Of a stretch of 64,000 nucleotides of DNA, positions 1-9,603 are shown one piece after another (the stretch's first letter is position 1; each line of letters opens with the position of its first letter). This DNA is from a virus, in IMG/VR virus record IMGVR_UViG_3300035670_000014, positions 64,001 to 128,000 of that record; one strand, written 5' to 3'. Position numbers and translations under genes: made by a program. The notes under the pieces were generated by a model. The model did not search any database. It was not told the origin of the DNA and saw only the letters and a list, made by a program, of their open reading frames with translations.

Positions 1-1532
1 AATTCATAGCCAGGAAACTCTTCGCCTCGGCTGTCAAATTCTTCCTTGAAAGAAGAAAGTAAGCCAGAGTAAAACTCACCAGATAGGTAATCCGAGTTGA
101 CTTCGGCATCAAGAGCCATGATCTTAACCTTAGCTTCATCAAGAATAGATGCAGCTTCAGCTGGTGATTTCATAGCAGCGTAAGCTGCTTCTTCTACTGC
201 TTCCTTTATCCTGGATGCTTTGCTTATCTCTGTCTTATTGACTATAGCATTAACTTCTTCTAAGAGTGTCAGGGTAGAGAAGTCAGTTAGGAATGCAACC
301 TCTTTAACTAGCGATTCTCTCTGAATCGCAGTAGGGAAGGTAGCAATAACCTGAACAGCTTTCTCTGCAAGCTCCTCTAGTGAAGCACAGTTATCTTTAT
401 AGTAATCTAGAAGATAGGTAAAAGCAGTAGGGCGGGGAAGTGAAGTAAACTCCCTTACTCCATTCTTCTGGATAAATGAATCAGGATCTTCTCCATTGCC
501 TATGCTAAGAACAAACTTCTTAGCAGGACCTAGAGAAGAAAGGTGAAGCTGAAGAAGCTTTACTGTAGCTTCCTGACCTGCATTGTCGCCATCTAAGGCA
601 AAGACAATGTTAGCAGGAGCAAGCTTCCTAATAAGCCTTGCATGTTCATCTGTAAAAGATGAAGAGCAAATAGCTGCCGCAGCAAAGCCGCACTGATGTA
701 GTGTAAGTGCGTCACCTTGACCTTCTACTATATATAAGGTATCAACTTTGCCTTTCTTAATCAAAGTAGAAGCATTGTTGAAATTATACAGGTAGTTATT
801 CTTAAGGAAATAAGGTGAATCTAGTAGCTTTGAACCATTCCATTTTGGGTTATCTTTATCAACTGTACCCATGTACCTTGAAGTATAACCAACAGTATTA
901 CCAAGAGTATCCTTAAATGGAAAGACCAAAGAGTTAGCATTTATGAATCTATCACTAAGACCAAAAGACCTAAGTGCTGATTCACTGTAGCCAATACCTT
1001 CCATTGCCTTAACAAAGTTAGGCCATGAATAGTAACCTAGACCAAAAGATTCTATAGCTTCAGCTGCATCCCAGCCTCTGGAGTCAATAAAGCTTGATAG
1101 AGTTGCATTGCTACCTTGCAGCTCAATCTCAAGATTTCTTGAGAGTATGCCATCTACTACAGAGTAGAACTGCAAATAAGATTGCTTCTTAATATCCTCT
1201 GCAGTCAAAGAAGCAAAGTTAACAGGTATGTCAAGTTCCTTTGCTGCATACTCCATAGTATGAACAAAGTCCTGACCAGTTAATCCAAATCCATTAAATA
1301 GTGCACAAGCTGAAATAGTGTCATGCTTAGCACCACAACCATAACAAACAGCATAAAAATTCTCGGGATCTTTAGTATGAGCCCTAACCTTCATAGAAGG
1401 AGAGCTATCATTATGAGCAGGATTAATACACCTAATAAACCCCTGAGAGTTTGGCTTCATGCCATATAGCTCAAGGTAATCAGGCAGTCTTGCCTTTAAT
1501 GCTTTTGATAATTCATAAAGAGAAGTAATCAA
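1..1532 (-). CDS. dnaG: DnaG-type DNA primase (3' end runs off the window)
   Basis: Not in the ORF track; translated by hand from a TTG after GGAGAG. Has a CHC2 Zn finger (RCINPAHND...CYGC) and TOPRIM motifs IVEGQGD and ALDGDNAG. Confidence 0.9.
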   Translation of the reverse strand, partial: MITSLYELSKALKARLPDYLELYGMKPNSQGFIRCINPAHNDSSPSMKVRAHTKDPENFYAVCYGCGAKHDTISACALFNGFGLTGQDFVHTMEYAAKELDIPVNFASLTAEDIKKQSYLQFYSVVDGILSRNLEIELQGSNATLSSFIDSRGWDAAEAIESFGLGYYSWPNFVKAMEGIGYSESALRSFGLSDRFINANSLVFPFKDTLGNTVGYTSRYMGTVDKDNPKWNGSKLLDSPYFLKNNYLYNFNNASTLIKKGKVDTLYIVEGQGDALTLHQCGFAAAAICSSSFTDEHARLIRKLAPANIVFALDGDNAGQEATVKLLQLHLSSLGPAKKFVLSIGNGEDPDSFIQKNGVREFTSLPRPTAFTYLLDYYKDNCASLEELAEKAVQVIATFPTAIQRESLVKEVAFLTDFSTLTLLEEVNAIVNKTEISKASRIKEAVEEAAYAAMKSPAEAASILDEAKVKIMALDAEVNSDYLSGEFYSGLLSSFKEEFDSRGEEFPGYE

Positions 1533-1553
1533 GGCTCTCCTTCGAGGTTTAAG

Positions 1554-2549
1554 TTAGTCGTTTTTTATAGAGTTAGATAGAAGCTGCCTCAATGCACCTT
1601 GTATCGTTTCTCTTGGCTTTGTCACTATGAAGCCGGCTTTATAAAGTAAAGCTTGAAGCTGGGCATAGTGGCAGGGCGGATTGTCTCCAAGCCCTAGCCT
1701 GTGTACTAGGGTTATTCTATTTATAGGATCTAAAGAATACAAAGCTTCGTTCATAGAAACAATTAAAGTTTCAAAGTCAAGTGTATCCCTAAGATACTCT
1801 ATCTTACCAAAAGAGTCTTCATCAAAGTAATCTTCAGATTCAGACTCTGATTCAGATGACTCGTCTTCTGAGTATGAATCAGAGATATGATTCAAAGGGT
1901 TAAAAGAAAGAATGTAGTTGAGTAAAGCTTCAGCTTTCTTATCACTGAAGCCAAACTCTTCAACAACGTATGATATTGCATCATTGTTTATGGGTATATC
2001 ATTCTTCTTAACAAAAGCAAGGACCTTGCTTACGTCAGTAAGTACATGAACTGGGAGTCTGATTACTCTGTTCTTGTTGCTTATAGCCCTTGTAATTGCC
2101 TGTCTAATCCACCAGGTGGCATAGGTGGCTAGCTTCACACCCTCATCAAGATCAAAGCGCTCTATGGCCCTTATAAAGCCTATAACGCCCTCTTGAAAGA
2201 CATCATCAAATGGAAGACCGTTGTTTTGATAATACTTGGCATTCTTTATAACAAGCTTAAGGTTATGCTCTACAAGTTTATTCCTAAAGGAATTTGCTTT
2301 CTTAAGCATGTCGCTGTTATCTAGAATGTAATCTATTTCTGCAAGATCATCCATGTAGAAAAGATTTTCTATTGCAGATTCATTCAGTAGTATCTGCTCT
2401 TCAATTCTCTTCTTCTCTTTTAGTAACTGTGCCCTGGTGTTATAAGCACACTTAAATACAGTTAAGTAGTGAGCTTCCTGTTCCTTTGTAAGTCGAGGAT
2501 GCTTGTTAATAAAAGAAGATATAAAGTTTAAGGTTGTTTGTTCTGACAT
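1554..2549 (-). CDS. Sigma70-family (RpoD/RpoS-like) RNA polymerase sigma factor
   Basis: Region 2 motifs NLKLVIKNAKYY, DDVFQEGVIGFIRAIERFD and YATWWIRQAITRAI, followed by IRLPVH; region 4 is divergent. Confidence 0.93.
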   Translation of the reverse strand: MSEQTTLNFISSFINKHPRLTKEQEAHYLTVFKCAYNTRAQLLKEKKRIEEQILLNESAIENLFYMDDLAEIDYILDNSDMLKKANSFRNKLVEHNLKLVIKNAKYYQNNGLPFDDVFQEGVIGFIRAIERFDLDEGVKLATYATWWIRQAITRAISNKNRVIRLPVHVLTDVSKVLAFVKKNDIPINNDAISYVVEEFGFSDKKAEALLNYILSFNPLNHISDSYSEDESSESESESEDYFDEDSFGKIEYLRDTLDFETLIVSMNEALYSLDPINRITLVHRLGLGDNPPCHYAQLQALLYKAGFIVTKPRETIQGALRQLLSNSIKND

Positions 2550-2551
2550 GG

Positions 2552-3667
2552 TTACTCCTCTGTAGTCTCTTCGACTTCAGATACATCTTGATAAATTATT
2601 TCTCCTTGAACTTTACCATCAGGATATTCAATTGGAGTCTTCTTTGCATCAGCAGAGTAACACATATTAGAAAAGGGGCAATATCTACATTGCCAATCAC
2701 CTATCTTTATTTGAGAGAATTTATCTTTTGATGCTTTTTCTGAGTCAGTCTTATTAAGACTTCCAGATTCATAAAGTTCCTTGATCTTCTCTTCACTGTA
2801 GAAGAAGTCGTAATCCCTGGGAGGGATTAGATCAAGGTGAATAAACTTATGAGCAGACATGTATCTTCTTAAGATGTCTTCTGCGTAGAGTGTATACTTG
2901 TAAGGTTTCTTATTTACATAAACTCTATGCTGAACTCTACCAAGAGAAACACTGACCTCAGGTATAAGGTCAATATCGAACTCTACGCGACTACCATTCT
3001 CTCTAGAGAGATAAACTAACTTGAAGTAAGCCATCTCTTGCTGAAGTACACAAAAGAAATAAGCATAAAGAACAGTCTGAAGTAAGTTATCTTCTTTAGG
3101 CTCAGGTGGGACGTATATACCGCCCTTCTTTCTATGACCAAATACTTGCTTCATACCTTTGAAGCCGGTAATAGATTTAATTTCTACACCAACTTTAACA
3201 CCTGACTCAGGTGATTGGTAGGTTACAAGGTCAACTTCTCCTGAGATCAAGGCATCAGGTAGATTCTGATGAAGGGTGGGAATATACCATCTGAACTTTC
3301 TGGAGTTCTCGCTATAGACCATAGCTCTTTTAGCTTCGTCAGTTATTGCGTTTTCTGTATAACTAGAAATCTTAAACTTCCAAAGCTCTTGAGGAGTAAA
3401 CTCTTGCTTGTCAATGACGAGGTTCTGCTTCGTGGCAAACTCATTGTTTATCATTTGCCTTTGAAGTTTGTTTCTGAACCATGTCTTTCTTAAACAAGCC
3501 CCCAAAGAAACATAACCTCCATCTTCACCTATAGCTAAAGCAGAAGCTTCGCTAGGGTGTAGACTGACTTCAGTTGATGTCCTTGGGGGCTGTTCAAGTA
3601 TTGACTTATCTAGAGTCTCCCAGAAGTTAAAAGGATAGACTTCTGATAGAAACTTAGATTCAGTCAT
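2552..3667 (-). CDS. Cas4-like PD-(D/E)xK exonuclease with Fe-S cysteines
   Basis: N-terminal C-x-R, GEVD...EIKS, Q-x-x-x-Y, and C-terminal CRYCPFSNMC. Confidence 0.8.
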   Translation of the reverse strand: MTESKFLSEVYPFNFWETLDKSILEQPPRTSTEVSLHPSEASALAIGEDGGYVSLGACLRKTWFRNKLQRQMINNEFATKQNLVIDKQEFTPQELWKFKISSYTENAITDEAKRAMVYSENSRKFRWYIPTLHQNLPDALISGEVDLVTYQSPESGVKVGVEIKSITGFKGMKQVFGHRKKGGIYVPPEPKEDNLLQTVLYAYFFCVLQQEMAYFKLVYLSRENGSRVEFDIDLIPEVSVSLGRVQHRVYVNKKPYKYTLYAEDILRRYMSAHKFIHLDLIPPRDYDFFYSEEKIKELYESGSLNKTDSEKASKDKFSQIKIGDWQCRYCPFSNMCYSADAKKTPIEYPDGKVQGEIIYQDVSEVEETTEE

Positions 3668-3670
3668 GTA

Positions 3671-4096
3671 TTATTCTCCAGGTGCTTCCGTTGCTTCTTG
3701 AGAAGCTGAGGGAAGATTAAGGGATAGCTGGTCTGTAGTAGTCATGGTAGGAGTAGCTGCTTTTAGTTTCTCAGCAACTTCCTGTACAACTTCATTAAGT
3801 TTAGCTTGAGCTTCGTCTCTCGACTTAGTAGCCCTCTCAAAGATTTCCTTGAACTGATCAAAGTTAAACTCTCCAGGAGAAACAATCTTCTCAAGAGTTA
3901 GCATGACTGCATCACAGAAAGCAGTGTAGTCAATGATTAGGTTCTCAAGAGAAACCTTTACGAGAAAGTTTGCAATAGCCATCTGATCAAGATTACCTAG
4001 GATCAACTTATCGCGATTGTTAAGTTCAGATACAGAGGTATTAAGAGAATCAAGTTCAGATTGGCACTGGCAGCACTGTTCGTTATTAGTAGACAT
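3671..4096 (-). CDS. Hypothetical coiled-coil protein
   Basis: 141-aa ORF tightly packed in the operon. Confidence 0.6.
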   Translation of the reverse strand: MSTNNEQCCQCQSELDSLNTSVSELNNRDKLILGNLDQMAIANFLVKVSLENLIIDYTAFCDAVMLTLEKIVSPGEFNFDQFKEIFERATKSRDEAQAKLNEVVQEVAEKLKAATPTMTTTDQLSLNLPSASQEATEAPGE

Positions 4097-4102
4097 GTAA
4101 AC

Positions 4103-5425
4103 TCACTCAAATATGTTAATTGTTTTTATGTAATTAAAGTTGCTAATATCAGGACGGATATTACCATCTTTATCTTGGTAAATAACTGCATAGCCAACTA
4201 TAGAAGGTCTCCTTCTAAACTCAGCTTGCTTAAGGTAGCCTTGGGTCAAACATAGTGCACCTTGCTCTATGAGCAGTTTATTCTGCTCTATAAGCTTAGC
4301 TTGCTTATGTGTATGCCCCATTACGATAGAGTCAAATGAATTCCATGGCAATTGGCCTCTTAAATATTCCATGCCTCTTGTTACAGTAGCACCAGGCTGT
4401 GCAAGGTATGTATCAGGATGCATGAATATAGTCTTACCTACCTTGCCTAGCCAAGGTAAGCCTAGTTCGTTGTAGTAAACATTGGTGAAGTTGTAAGACC
4501 TACCAGTAAAACCGTTCTCATCTAGAATGAGGCCTTTAGATAGTTTATCAACAATATCGCGATTTCCAAGTATTGCTGAATAAGGGTCAAGCTTTTGGCT
4601 GAGATATCTATCAACTCTATTTTCATGATTACCCTTTACTAAGTGAACTTCGTCAAATCTGGAAGCCATTTCCTTAATGAAATTCAAGGCAAGCTGATAT
4701 TCTGACTGAAGAGGTATGCCCTTATCTTTTGAATAAGAAGATACTGAGTAACAGTCAAGTATGTCTCCGTTAAGAACAAGTATGTCTGCATTACCATCAT
4801 GCTCAAGTGCCATCTCTATTGCTTCAGTGTCATGGAAAGGCATGTGTAAGTCAGACAGGCTTAGTATTTTTCTTGTAGCCGGATTAGTAGAGAAGTAAAC
4901 TATCCCTGGTTTAGTTTTAGATAAGTACTCATTTCTTGCTGACATGTACTGCTCTGTAGCAGCAGCAGCCAAGTCAACCTTCGCTGCCTTTGCCGGCTTA
5001 ATCTCAACAGGAGCACAAGCTTCCTGGGTAGCTTCAGCTGTAGCAGAAGCTGCAACAGAGGCATCGCTAGACGAAGAGCTTCTAAGGGCATTTGACCTAA
5101 GGTTACAAGCTACATACCCAGGGGTTACAATCGGAAGATTGTCCATGTTAATTTCAGGAAAGTCCTGAGACTTAAAATGATGCCAAAGATTTGAGTAAAT
5201 AGAATTAATCAAACCAGCAGTAGGCCTGAATAGAAACTTAATATTAAAAGCATTAACTTCCATGACATGCATGTCAGAGTTCCTAATGCCTTGCTTGGGA
5301 TGTATATTGCAAATTGTATTTACCTTCTTTGCAGTATAGAAACCAAGTGAGCCATAGTATTCAAGTAAGCTTTCTCTTGTTTTAAATTCAGAAGGTTTTT
5401 TTAAGTTTAGTTTATTATTCGACAT
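4103..5425 (-). CDS. Calcineurin-like metallophosphoesterase with N-terminal extension
   Basis: SDLH, NGDILD, GNHE, H and GHTH motifs. Confidence 0.88.
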   Translation of the reverse strand: MSNNKLNLKKPSEFKTRESLLEYYGSLGFYTAKKVNTICNIHPKQGIRNSDMHVMEVNAFNIKFLFRPTAGLINSIYSNLWHHFKSQDFPEINMDNLPIVTPGYVACNLRSNALRSSSSSDASVAASATAEATQEACAPVEIKPAKAAKVDLAAAATEQYMSARNEYLSKTKPGIVYFSTNPATRKILSLSDLHMPFHDTEAIEMALEHDGNADILVLNGDILDCYSVSSYSKDKGIPLQSEYQLALNFIKEMASRFDEVHLVKGNHENRVDRYLSQKLDPYSAILGNRDIVDKLSKGLILDENGFTGRSYNFTNVYYNELGLPWLGKVGKTIFMHPDTYLAQPGATVTRGMEYLRGQLPWNSFDSIVMGHTHKQAKLIEQNKLLIEQGALCLTQGYLKQAEFRRRPSIVGYAVIYQDKDGNIRPDISNFNYIKTINIFE

Positions 5426-5427
5426 GT

Positions 5428-7860
5428 TTACCCATTGATAAATTTAATAACGCCGTTCTGTTTAAGTCTAAGAACTGCGGATCTTTCATCTACGCTGTAT
5501 TTAAAGTAGATAATAGACCCTACTTTAATCTTATCTTTATACTCCTCAACTGCATTTGGAAAGAGTGTTAGCTCAGCAACACCCGTCTTGTCCTCAACAG
5601 TGCAAGCATAAAGAGACTTGCCCTTCATCTTGCCTCTTTTTATCTGAATGTCCTCTATTCTGGTGATTACAACTAAACACCTACCAGACTGAGAGACCTG
5701 AGGTACGAGGTTATTAATGTAATCAAGTTCTATAGTAGGCGGTATTTTAATAAAGTCAATAGGGTGAGCTGAAATATATAAACCACAGTACTCACCTTCC
5801 CAGTCTACCATCTGCTTTGTGATTGATCTCTTTTCATAAACAGGAAGTTCAGGAAAAGAAGGCTCTTCTTTTGGCTTAGGAATTATAGGCTTCTTCGGCT
5901 TAGGCTCTGTATATATTTGCTTAGTACCATTCTCATCTATGACGGGAGTGGCAAGTCTGGTTATTACTTTAGTCTTGTAAAGATATTCCCAGTTAGCAAC
6001 TTCTATAGACCATTGCTCTAGTTCTTTATTCTTTAATTTTATATTAGCCTGATTCTCAAGATAAGAATCATACTGATTAAAGTAATCTAGAAGCAAAGGA
6101 AGTGAATCAACAAGGTCTTCTCTCTTGTGACCAAAAGCATCCAGTGCGCCTACTTTAGCAAGGATCGCCAAAGAGCCAGAGTTAACCTTTGATCTGTTGA
6201 TATTAGATAGCCAGTCCTTGAGAGTCTTAGCCTTGTGTACATTGCCGGCGATTAGATAGTTCGCCACAGATTTACCTATACCTTTTAGAATATCAATGCC
6301 AAATCTTATCTTGTTAGCTCCAACCTTGGCAAAGCCAATGTGAGGAGTAGTAACAGAAGGAGGAAGCATTTCTATTCCCATCGCTCTACACTCGTCTATA
6401 TAGGACTTAAGTTTATCTGGCTTATTAGACCTGAGACTCATAAGCTCAATCATAAACTCTACTGTAGAGTAAGCCTTTAGATAGGCGCAAGAGTAAGCTA
6501 TCAATGCATAAGCATAAGCATGTGGCTTGTTAAAGCCATAGCCTGAAAACTTATCAATGTATTCCCATACATAGCTTGCTTCACTCTCTGTAATCTTAGA
6601 GTTCTGAATGCAACCTTGAATAAACCTATCCTTCCACGACTGCATCTCTACTGGGTCCTTCTTACCCATTGCTCTTCTTACATTGTCAGAAGTCTCTTCA
6701 GAGAAGCCAGCAAGAACAGAAAGTGCAGCCATGCACTGTTCCTGGTAAACAAGAACACCGCCTGTCTCGGCTAGGACTGAATCAAGAAGTGGGTGAATCT
6801 TATTCTGAAGTAAGCCTGTTTTCTTGTACTCAATCCAGTCGTCAGTAAGACCATTGTCTTTAGGACCCGGTCTGATTAGTGCGCTAATAGCAGCTAAGTC
6901 TGCAACAGTAGTAGGCTGAACCTCGCTAATAACCTGGAATACATGGGACTCTTCCATCTGGAAAATGCCAGAAACAAATCCCTGGTTTATTAGCGTGAAA
7001 GCTTTAGGATCGTCAAGAGGAACCTCTTCCTGAATCCAGTCAACTGTTTTTCCGATTGCTGCTGTTGTATTCTTGAGTAGATCAAGGTTGTCAATAACAA
7101 GAATGTCAAACTTAATAAGGTTGCAATTCTTCTCAAGAGCGCCAGCTTCCCACTGAGATAAGTAGTACCAATTACCTTGATCATCTTTCTCTCCTTTAAC
7201 CTTACGTAAAGGGATATAGCTGTCCAAATAATCAGAGCCAATAATCACAGCAGAAGCATGCTGAGATTGATTCATAGGTTGCTTGTCCATTGTAGCAACA
7301 CATGAAAATACTTCTTTGTGCTGTTCTATAATCTCAGCGTAAACAGGATCATCCTTAAGGTCAATCCAGGTAGTTGCCTTACCACGATAGCTATCAGGCA
7401 GGCTGTCAGCCAAGGCGCGACCTTCTTCAAAAGTTCCACCTAGTGCTTTTGTAAAGTCAACTGTAGAACTCTTAACAGAATAAGGAGTATAAGTAGTAGG
7501 TCTAATAACACAAAGTTCACCATATTTATTCTGTAATTCTTTTATAATTACATCTTTCCCTGATGGAGAAAAGTCTGTATCTATATCTGGTCCTGCGCCA
7601 GTTACAGTAGAAGAACACCTCTTAGACTTGTCATAGTTATCACTATCAGAAAACAAGTAGAGCAATATGGAGTTACTTTTATTCTCAAGCTTCTTATTGA
7701 TATACTTCTTATCTATTACAATGCGAGTAAAGTCTTCATCGGTGATATACTTTAACTCGAATAGCAAATACCTGAAAGGTACATTCAATGTATACTTTAG
7801 ATAATCTAGCTTCTCATTAGCTTCCCTATTAACAATCTCTAGTTTAGTTTTTAAGTCCAA
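5428..7860 (-). CDS. dnaE: DNA polymerase III alpha (DnaE), C-terminal catalytic subunit of a split gene
   Basis: PDIDTDF, HASAVII, KFDIL, GIFQME, YQEQ, FSGYGFNKPHAYAY, HhH GIGK and OB-fold VEDKTG. Probable start is TTG at 7860 after GGAG (the track start is 7950). Confidence 0.92.
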   Translation of the reverse strand: MDLKTKLEIVNREANEKLDYLKYTLNVPFRYLLFELKYITDEDFTRIVIDKKYINKKLENKSNSILLYLFSDSDNYDKSKRCSSTVTGAGPDIDTDFSPSGKDVIIKELQNKYGELCVIRPTTYTPYSVKSSTVDFTKALGGTFEEGRALADSLPDSYRGKATTWIDLKDDPVYAEIIEQHKEVFSCVATMDKQPMNQSQHASAVIIGSDYLDSYIPLRKVKGEKDDQGNWYYLSQWEAGALEKNCNLIKFDILVIDNLDLLKNTTAAIGKTVDWIQEEVPLDDPKAFTLINQGFVSGIFQMEESHVFQVISEVQPTTVADLAAISALIRPGPKDNGLTDDWIEYKKTGLLQNKIHPLLDSVLAETGGVLVYQEQCMAALSVLAGFSEETSDNVRRAMGKKDPVEMQSWKDRFIQGCIQNSKITESEASYVWEYIDKFSGYGFNKPHAYAYALIAYSCAYLKAYSTVEFMIELMSLRSNKPDKLKSYIDECRAMGIEMLPPSVTTPHIGFAKVGANKIRFGIDILKGIGKSVANYLIAGNVHKAKTLKDWLSNINRSKVNSGSLAILAKVGALDAFGHKREDLVDSLPLLLDYFNQYDSYLENQANIKLKNKELEQWSIEVANWEYLYKTKVITRLATPVIDENGTKQIYTEPKPKKPIIPKPKEEPSFPELPVYEKRSITKQMVDWEGEYCGLYISAHPIDFIKIPPTIELDYINNLVPQVSQSGRCLVVITRIEDIQIKRGKMKGKSLYACTVEDKTGVAELTLFPNAVEEYKDKIKVGSIIYFKYSVDERSAVLRLKQNGVIKFING

Positions 7861-8248
7861 AGTAATCTCCGTAATCAGGTAAAGTTTCAGACAAAGCACC
7901 AAGGGTAGCAAGAACAGAGAACTCAAAAGTGGTAATACCGAAAGGAACAAACTCTAAAAGTCTAATTGAGTTTAGAATGTCAAGTTTATCAAAGTTATTT
8001 ATAAGAACAGATCCATAACTTGTCCTGTCTGCATTAATCACTTTAGTTATTCCTCTTATTTCCCTTACGGCAAGTTCAACAAAAGGTCCCTGAAAAGTTG
8101 GTGGAGATATATATGTTCCATTGGTTAATCCGGCAATGGTTACTATATAGAAATATGCAAGATTGTGACTTCTTGAATACCATGTAGGAAAACAATAGAT
8201 TGAAGAATCATCAAAATCTAATTTAAAGTAAGATTTGTTTTCACTCAT
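7844..8248 (-). CDS. Hypothetical protein between the two dnaE parts
   Basis: The ATG overlaps the end of dnaE-N (ATGAGTGA) and the 3' end overlaps the dnaE-C start; no endonuclease motif recognised. Confidence 0.65.
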   Translation of the reverse strand: MSENKSYFKLDFDDSSIYCFPTWYSRSHNLAYFYIVTIAGLTNGTYISPPTFQGPFVELAVREIRGITKVINADRTSYGSVLINNFDKLDILNSIRLLEFVPFGITTFEFSVLATLGALSETLPDYGDYFGLKN

Positions 8249-9491
8249 CAAGCTCACCACAGAAGTCAAGAGAAACTTTAACTCTACCTGGGTTTAAGAA
8301 TCTTGAAAAGTAAAATCCATTAGCAATGGGGTCCATATGCTTACCAGTAAGACCCAAAGCCCAAGCAAGGAGAGAGCCACCAGATGAACCTCTACCTGGG
8401 CCAACTGGTATGTCGTTATCTTTAGCTATCTTAATATAGTCAGCAACCATTAAGAAGTAAGAGTTATAAGAGCTATCATCAATCAGATCAATCTCGAACT
8501 TTAGTTGCTTCTTATAAGCGGGAGGAATTGGATCAGTATCTGACAAGTTAAGCCTAGACCTGAGGCCTTCAAAGGCCAGTCTCTCAAGCTCATAGAAAGC
8601 TTCCTCGTTTGACATATGGTCAAACTTAATAGGCGGATTCTTAATAGATGAAAAGAAGTAAGAGCTATCTACCATGTCTGCAACATAGCCAGTATTGTGC
8701 ACTGCTTCCTCGGGTATGTTCCATTGCCTACATAACTCCAAAGCAAAGTCTGTATCATACAACCATGCATTGTAGTCTTGTATTGGATACTTAGAATCCA
8801 GATAAGACATGTGCCATCCAATGCACTGAACTAGACCTCTAAGTTTCCATTGATCTTGATCTGACTGGTGGGCGTCAGCAGTAAGAACCAAGGGAACATT
8901 ATGCTTCTTAGAAAGAGGAATAATAAGCTGATCATTAAATTGTTTCTGAAGGTCAACATTATTAACTTGAACTTCTGCAAAGAAGTTATCTCGGCCAACA
9001 ATATCTCTAATCTTCAAGAACCATTCTTCTGCGAGGTCTAACCTGTTAGCTTTAAAGAATGTTGCCATGTGGCTGGATAAGCAAGTAGAAGTAACTATAA
9101 GGCCATCACAATGCTTAGAGAAAGTCTCTATGTCAATACGAGGAAACCTGTGAAAGCCATCACTAAAGGCATAAGTATTAAGCTTAAGTAAGTTCTTATA
9201 GCCTGTCTCATTCTTTGCAAGGCAAAGAAAGTGTCCGTTATTACCCCAGTCCTCATGTGTCTTTTCAGTAGCAGGGCCAAAAGAAAGATAAGTTTCGTTG
9301 CCAATGATTGGCTTAACTCCAGCTTTCTGACAGCCTTTTGCGAATTCTAGAACACCTGATAAAGTACCATGGTCACTTAATGCACAAGCAGTCATGCCTC
9401 TAGACTTGACAACATCACCAATCTTATCCGCTCTCTGAATGCCGTCCTTTAGAGAATTACTCGAATGAACATGTAAATGTACAAATGGCAT
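8241..9491 (-). CDS. dnaE: DNA polymerase III alpha (DnaE), N-terminal PHP and partial palm subunit
   Basis: FVHLHVHS, SDHG, TADAH, GPGRGSSGGSLLAWALGLT and FSRFLNPGR, then a stop 13 residues later. Confidence 0.92.
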   Translation of the reverse strand: MPFVHLHVHSSNSLKDGIQRADKIGDVVKSRGMTACALSDHGTLSGVLEFAKGCQKAGVKPIIGNETYLSFGPATEKTHEDWGNNGHFLCLAKNETGYKNLLKLNTYAFSDGFHRFPRIDIETFSKHCDGLIVTSTCLSSHMATFFKANRLDLAEEWFLKIRDIVGRDNFFAEVQVNNVDLQKQFNDQLIIPLSKKHNVPLVLTADAHQSDQDQWKLRGLVQCIGWHMSYLDSKYPIQDYNAWLYDTDFALELCRQWNIPEEAVHNTGYVADMVDSSYFFSSIKNPPIKFDHMSNEEAFYELERLAFEGLRSRLNLSDTDPIPPAYKKQLKFEIDLIDDSSYNSYFLMVADYIKIAKDNDIPVGPGRGSSGGSLLAWALGLTGKHMDPIANGFYFSRFLNPGRVKVSLDFCGELDE

Positions 9492-9603
9492 ATTTACCCT
9501 TGAATAAGGAAATACAAGTAGAGATAGCTAAAGAATCCCTACTTGATAAGTATTTAAAGTACTAAAGTACTCTATGCAGCTTGACCCGCATAGAGCATGC
9601 AGA

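Noticed and set aside
7860-8300. Split intein or homing endonuclease at the dnaE break
   Set aside because: No block A/B after RFLNPGR, no His-Asn before PDIDTDF, and the intervening ORF has no HNH, LAGLIDADG or GIY-YIG motif.
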